From Malacoraja senta (taxonomy: Eukaryota): a stretch of DNA of 64,000 nucleotides. The translations under genes were made by a program, and so were the position numbers. Of the stretch, positions 60,290 to 64,000 are shown piece after piece. Within the stretch, counting starts at the first letter, position 1. Every line of letters begins with the position of its first letter. The notes under the pieces are model-generated. The model was not told the origin of the DNA. It did no database searches and worked only from the letters and a program-made list of their open reading frames with translations. The DNA lies in NCBI GenBank assembly GCA_038087875.1, contig CM075985.1:25358001-25422000 (forward strand). Direction: 5' to 3'.

Positions 60290-60405
60290 CTATATCCCAC
60301 TGTATTCTTTGAGAGCCTTCCTTGCTCTCCGCAATTCCAATTTTGGTGTTGTCTGCAAATTTAGTAACCAACCCATCTATATTTATATCCAAGTTGTGTG
60401 CATAT

Positions 60406-60459
<54 letters not shown>

Positions 60460-61640
60460 CAAAATACAGGGTCCCATCATACATCTCTGCAAGCACATCA
60501 CTTGTCATAGACCTCCTGCCAGAATAACATGACCTCCTATGTGTAAGCCAGTTCTGAATCTAAACTACCAAGTCACCATGGATCCCATGCAACTTTATCT
60601 TCTGGATCAGCCCACCATGCGAGACTTTATCAAATGCCTTACCAAAATCCATGTGGATAACATCAACTGCTTTACCCTTATCAATCATCTTCATCACCTC
60701 CTCAATCAACTTAGCAAGATATGACTTGTCACGGACAAACCCATGCTAACTGTATCTAATTATCCCCATCTCTGGATAAATATGAGTAAATCATATTCTG
60801 AGGAACCTCCCCAATAATATACTTGCCTCTAACATGAGGCTCACCAGCCTATAACTTCCTGGATTATCTCTACTTTTCCAACTTATCAAAGGAACAGCAT
60901 AAACTATGCCCCAGTTCTCCGAGATCTCGCCTATGACTAGAGAGGACACAAAGATATTTATCAAGGCACCTGCACTCTCCTCTCTTGTCCTTCTCAATAA
61001 CAGGATGGATCCCAAAAGACCCTGGATATCTATTCACGTTGATGCTTTTCAAGAGACCCAACACCACCTTTATCTTGATCTAGAACAATCCTAGCATACA
61101 GGTATTCCCCTGATGTCACTACCCTCCCTGTCCTTCGCTTTGGTGGATACAGATGCAAAATATTGGTGTGGTACCTGCCTACATCCTCTGACTCCAAATA
61201 TAAATTTTCTCCCTTATCCTTGAATGGTCGTAACTTCTCCCTTATTACTCTCTTATTTTTAATGTACATTTAAAAACCCTAGGAATTTTCTTTCATCCAA
61301 CTTGCCAATGACATTTCATGGCCCATTATGACCCTTCTAATTCTCTGTTTACTTTCCTGCTTGCTTTATATTCCTTAAAAAAAAAGTAATCTTCCGAAAC
61401 GTTACGCATTTCACTTTCCTAAATCTTCTTTTTTCTTTATGAACAAATTTACAACCTCTGTGGACATCTAAGATTCCCTTACCTTGCCATCCTAATCTCT
61501 CTTTCTTACTGGAATATGACGATCCTAAACTTAATCAGCTTGTCTTTAAATTACTCCTAAAAGTTAGATGCGGATTTACCAGATAACAACTGGTCCCATT
61601 TTACTCTCCATAGCTCCTGCCTAATATTGTTGTGATCTGC
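60290..61640 (-). mobile_element. Decayed CR1-type LINE ORF2 remnants
   Basis: YIKNKRVIREKLRP.KDKG, WGIVYAVPL, NPGSYRLVSL, DF.KAFDKV and KFADNTKIG-like motifs with frameshifts. Confidence 0.8.
60409..60455. repeat. (TA)n microsatellite
   Basis: About 23 TA units. Confidence 0.95.
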
Positions 61641-62358
61641 CTTACTCATAAAATGAGATAGGACAAGAGACATTCGGAGTTTTCTTGAAACAAAGAAATA
61701 ATCATGATGTAAGTTTTAGATTTGTATTCGAGAAGAACAAGGAGCAATTAAACTAGAATTTTTAAATATAAAAATGTAATAGGAGATCTTTAATGAGGAG
61801 ATGCTTCAGATACAGTGTAGATGCTTTCCTTAATGAATGAAAAGCAGGAGAACCAAACTTATGGCTCCTTGGATGATGAGGTGGATGGAGAATGTGATGA
61901 AATAAAAAAGCTATATTAAGCATGGGAGGTAGTTTTTTTGTGAGATCCATGCAAAATATATCAGACGTGAAAAAGAAAATAAGCTGGCAAAGAATGAGTA
62001 TGTAAGTAAAGTGGCAGCTAATATTAATAAGATCGGCATGTAAAAAGTAAACTGGTATAAAGGATAGGATCTGACAAGGATAAGGAACATAGCATATCTT
62101 TATAAATACAGGACAAGATCAGAATATATACCAAATGCATTATGTTATTATCAGTGCTTACAAAGGAATGGGGTGCAGTCAAAATATTGGTGGAAGTGAC
62201 GAACATGGAGATTATTATCGTGGTACGTAAGTATTTGCACAATTTACAGCATGCAATAATTTTCATGAGGTGATAGGACATTTCTTCACCAGATACATTT
62301 TTAACAATTTTGCTTCAAAGAGCTGCAATTCAAGTACTCCTAGTACAATGCAACTTAC

Positions 62359-62450
62359 ATCTGCTGATGCGCAACTGTTTACTTCGGAGAATTGGACAGT
62401 GCAGTTTGCATTCCATGCATCCAATTTGTACGCATAGATGTAGTTCAAAT
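62359..62450 (-). CDS. MUC19: Mucin exon, VWD1-C8 linker (LNYIYAYKLDAWNANCTVQFSEVNSCASAD)
   Basis: 92 nt, tag/gtaagt, phase 1-0 fits both neighbours. Confidence 0.85.
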
Positions 62451-62454
62451 CTAA

Positions 62455-62920
62455 AGTAAAGCCAAGTCAAGAGTTAAAAATGGTTTTTGTCATGTGTCCA
62501 AGAGCAATGAGATTTTTATTTGCAGCAGCACAACCAATTTGTAAGCAAAGTACTCTGTAAAAACAATAATAAACAAAAAATTGTTCAGTATATATATATA
62601 CACTGAATATTTTTTGTTTAATATGGATTTTACAGAGTACTATGTTTACATATCAGTTGTGCTGCTGCAAATAAAAATTACATGTCCATATATATGAAAT
62701 GAACAGACAAATAAATAAATAATAATAGTGCATAGTCAAGACTAATGCCCACAAATCTGTAGCTTAGAGCCTGTGTGGAGATTGTAGCGTATAATAGCCT
62801 GATGGTTGTAGGGTGAAACTGCTCCTGAACCTGGTCATTATAGTTTTCAGACTCTGATACCTTCCCAAAGGCAGGAGTGAAATAAGAGCGAGGCCAGTGT
62901 AATGAACAACTGCTTTCCAT
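62455..62920 (-). mobile_element. Old LINE 3' fragment with short inverted duplication
   Basis: tttgcagcagcacaac (~62520) and gttgtgctgctgcaaa (~62657) are inverted copies; gcctgatggttgtagggtgaaactgctcctgaacctgg is a Rex1-like tail. Confidence 0.55.
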
Positions 62921-62973
62921 TCATTGAAGTATTATTTTATATTATAATACAAAGAACATTGATTTATCATTAC

Positions 62974-63052
62974 CATAGGTTGTTGAGATGGTATCATCAA
63001 AGGGTCCACAGAGGCCACATAATAGTCCCTTATATTGAGAATCAACTGTTAT
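62974..63052 (-). CDS. MUC19: Mucin exon, end of VWD1 (ITVDSQYKGLLCGLCGPFDDTISTTY)
   Basis: 79 nt, cag acceptor, gtaatg donor, phase 0-1, CGLCG motif. Confidence 0.92.
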
Positions 63053-63608
63053 CTGAAAAGTAAAGAACATAACAAATTAAAGAAAATGTTAATGGAAACA
63101 GATATAGGGAATAAAACCTCTTGAGCCTGCTCAATTATTCATTAAGATGCTGAACATTTTGCTGGTAGATCTCCAAATTCTCTGATTTCCTTAATGTGCG
63201 AAATTCTTTCAGCTTTGTATACTCAACCACTATCTGCAGATATCTGAAGTCAAGAATGGCAAAATTCTGCATCAAGAAATTTCTGCTCATAACAATCCTA
63301 AATGACTGACCTCTTATCCCGAAATGATGCCCATAATGTTTTGGCTCTTCAGCAAGAGCAAGATTTGCCCTGAAAATCCATGTTGGATACCTATATGTCA
63401 CAGATAGAGGCCAACTAATACCTGTCCTCATGAGCTAACCTTCTCAGCTAAGGAATGAGTCTAATGAAGCAAGTGAATCCACATTGCACTGGTTCCAAGC
63501 TAGAAAGACTCAAATTCTGTACAATTTCAGCAAAACGTCCAACCTTTGCAATAAAGACCATCAGATCCTTTGCCTTCTTAATAGCTGGTGTATTGCTGTT
63601 TGTTTTCC

Positions 63609-63742
63609 GTCTGAAGAAGGGTCTCGACCCAAAACCTCATCCATTCCTTTTCTCCAGAGATGCTGCCTGTCCCGCTGAGTTATTCCAACTTTTTGTGTCT
63701 ATCTTCAGTTTAAACCAGCATCTGCAGTTCCTTCCTACACAT
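63609..63742 (+). mobile_element. Penelope-like element terminal repeat
   Basis: gtctgaagaagggtctcgaccc...ccagcatctgcagttccttcctacaca; hammerhead GAAA mutated to AAAA. Confidence 0.8.
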
Positions 63743-64000
63743 TTTGTTTGCTTTCTGCATCTTGTGTATAATATTTCAGTATAACTCTACACACCAGCAT
63801 TTTATCATTTCTCATTATTTTACAAAAATTCTGCTTTACTATTCTTTCTATCATTATGCATAATATAATATTTATATACTTTATGCTCCAATTGCTCTCT
63901 ATGGCCATTGTCTACATTAGCTTTATTTTTATTTTCTAAAACTTACCTTATCATTTAGCTTTGAATCATAATCAGTCTGATACGTTTCACTGTATCTTTT

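Larger units (their letters stand above)
398..63052 (-). other. MUC19: Gel-forming mucin gene, MUC19-like, partial at both ends: 24 D-domain exons plus 47 PTS micro-exons
   Basis: 71 GT-AG exons join in consistent phase without stops. Order is VWD1(end)-C8-TIL-E-VWD2-C8-TIL-E-D'-VWD3-C8-TIL-E-PTS. MUC19/submaxillary-mucin-type motifs recognised from memory: [40 protein letters not shown]; CGLCG in D1 and D3 but only GLCG in D2; no CysD before the PTS. Confidence 0.85.

Noticed and set aside
63947-64000. Possible further exon ending at AAG|GTAAGT (KRYSETYQTDYDSKLNDK)
   Set aside because: The donor is good and phase 0 is open, but the peptide does not resemble the expected VWD1 segment (..W(N/D)..) and its acceptor cannot be judged at the window edge.

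Overview
Eukaryotic genomic DNA, not prokaryotic. The repeat content (HE1/V-SINE-like, CR1, Rex1/Babar-like and Penelope-like elements) suggests a cartilaginous fish such as a skate or ray; that taxon is an inference. The whole window lies inside one minus-strand gel-forming mucin gene with MUC19-type signatures. Its start and end both lie outside the window. I reconstructed 71 exons with canonical GT-AG sites and consistent phases, about 1,800 codons with no stop. 24 exons (63052 down to 37154) encode the end of D1, then D2, D' and D3 (VWD/C8/TIL/E modules). 47 micro-exons of 33-75 nt (35936 down to 398) encode the Thr/Ser-rich PTS region. The main feature is that the PTS region is not one large exon. 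It is a set of symmetric phase 1-1 cassettes, all multiples of 3 nt and freely interchangeable in frame. From 1 to about 22 kb they sit in a near-identical ~3.7 kb tandem repeat carrying six micro-exons (96 aa) per unit, and from 22 to 34 kb this grades into older, diverged and partly dead modules. Introns outside the array are rich in transposon relics, including a three-layer nested insertion and Penelope-derived minimal hammerhead ribozyme motifs. Most ORFs in the supplied track are spurious. All family assignments come from motif recognition, not database searches.
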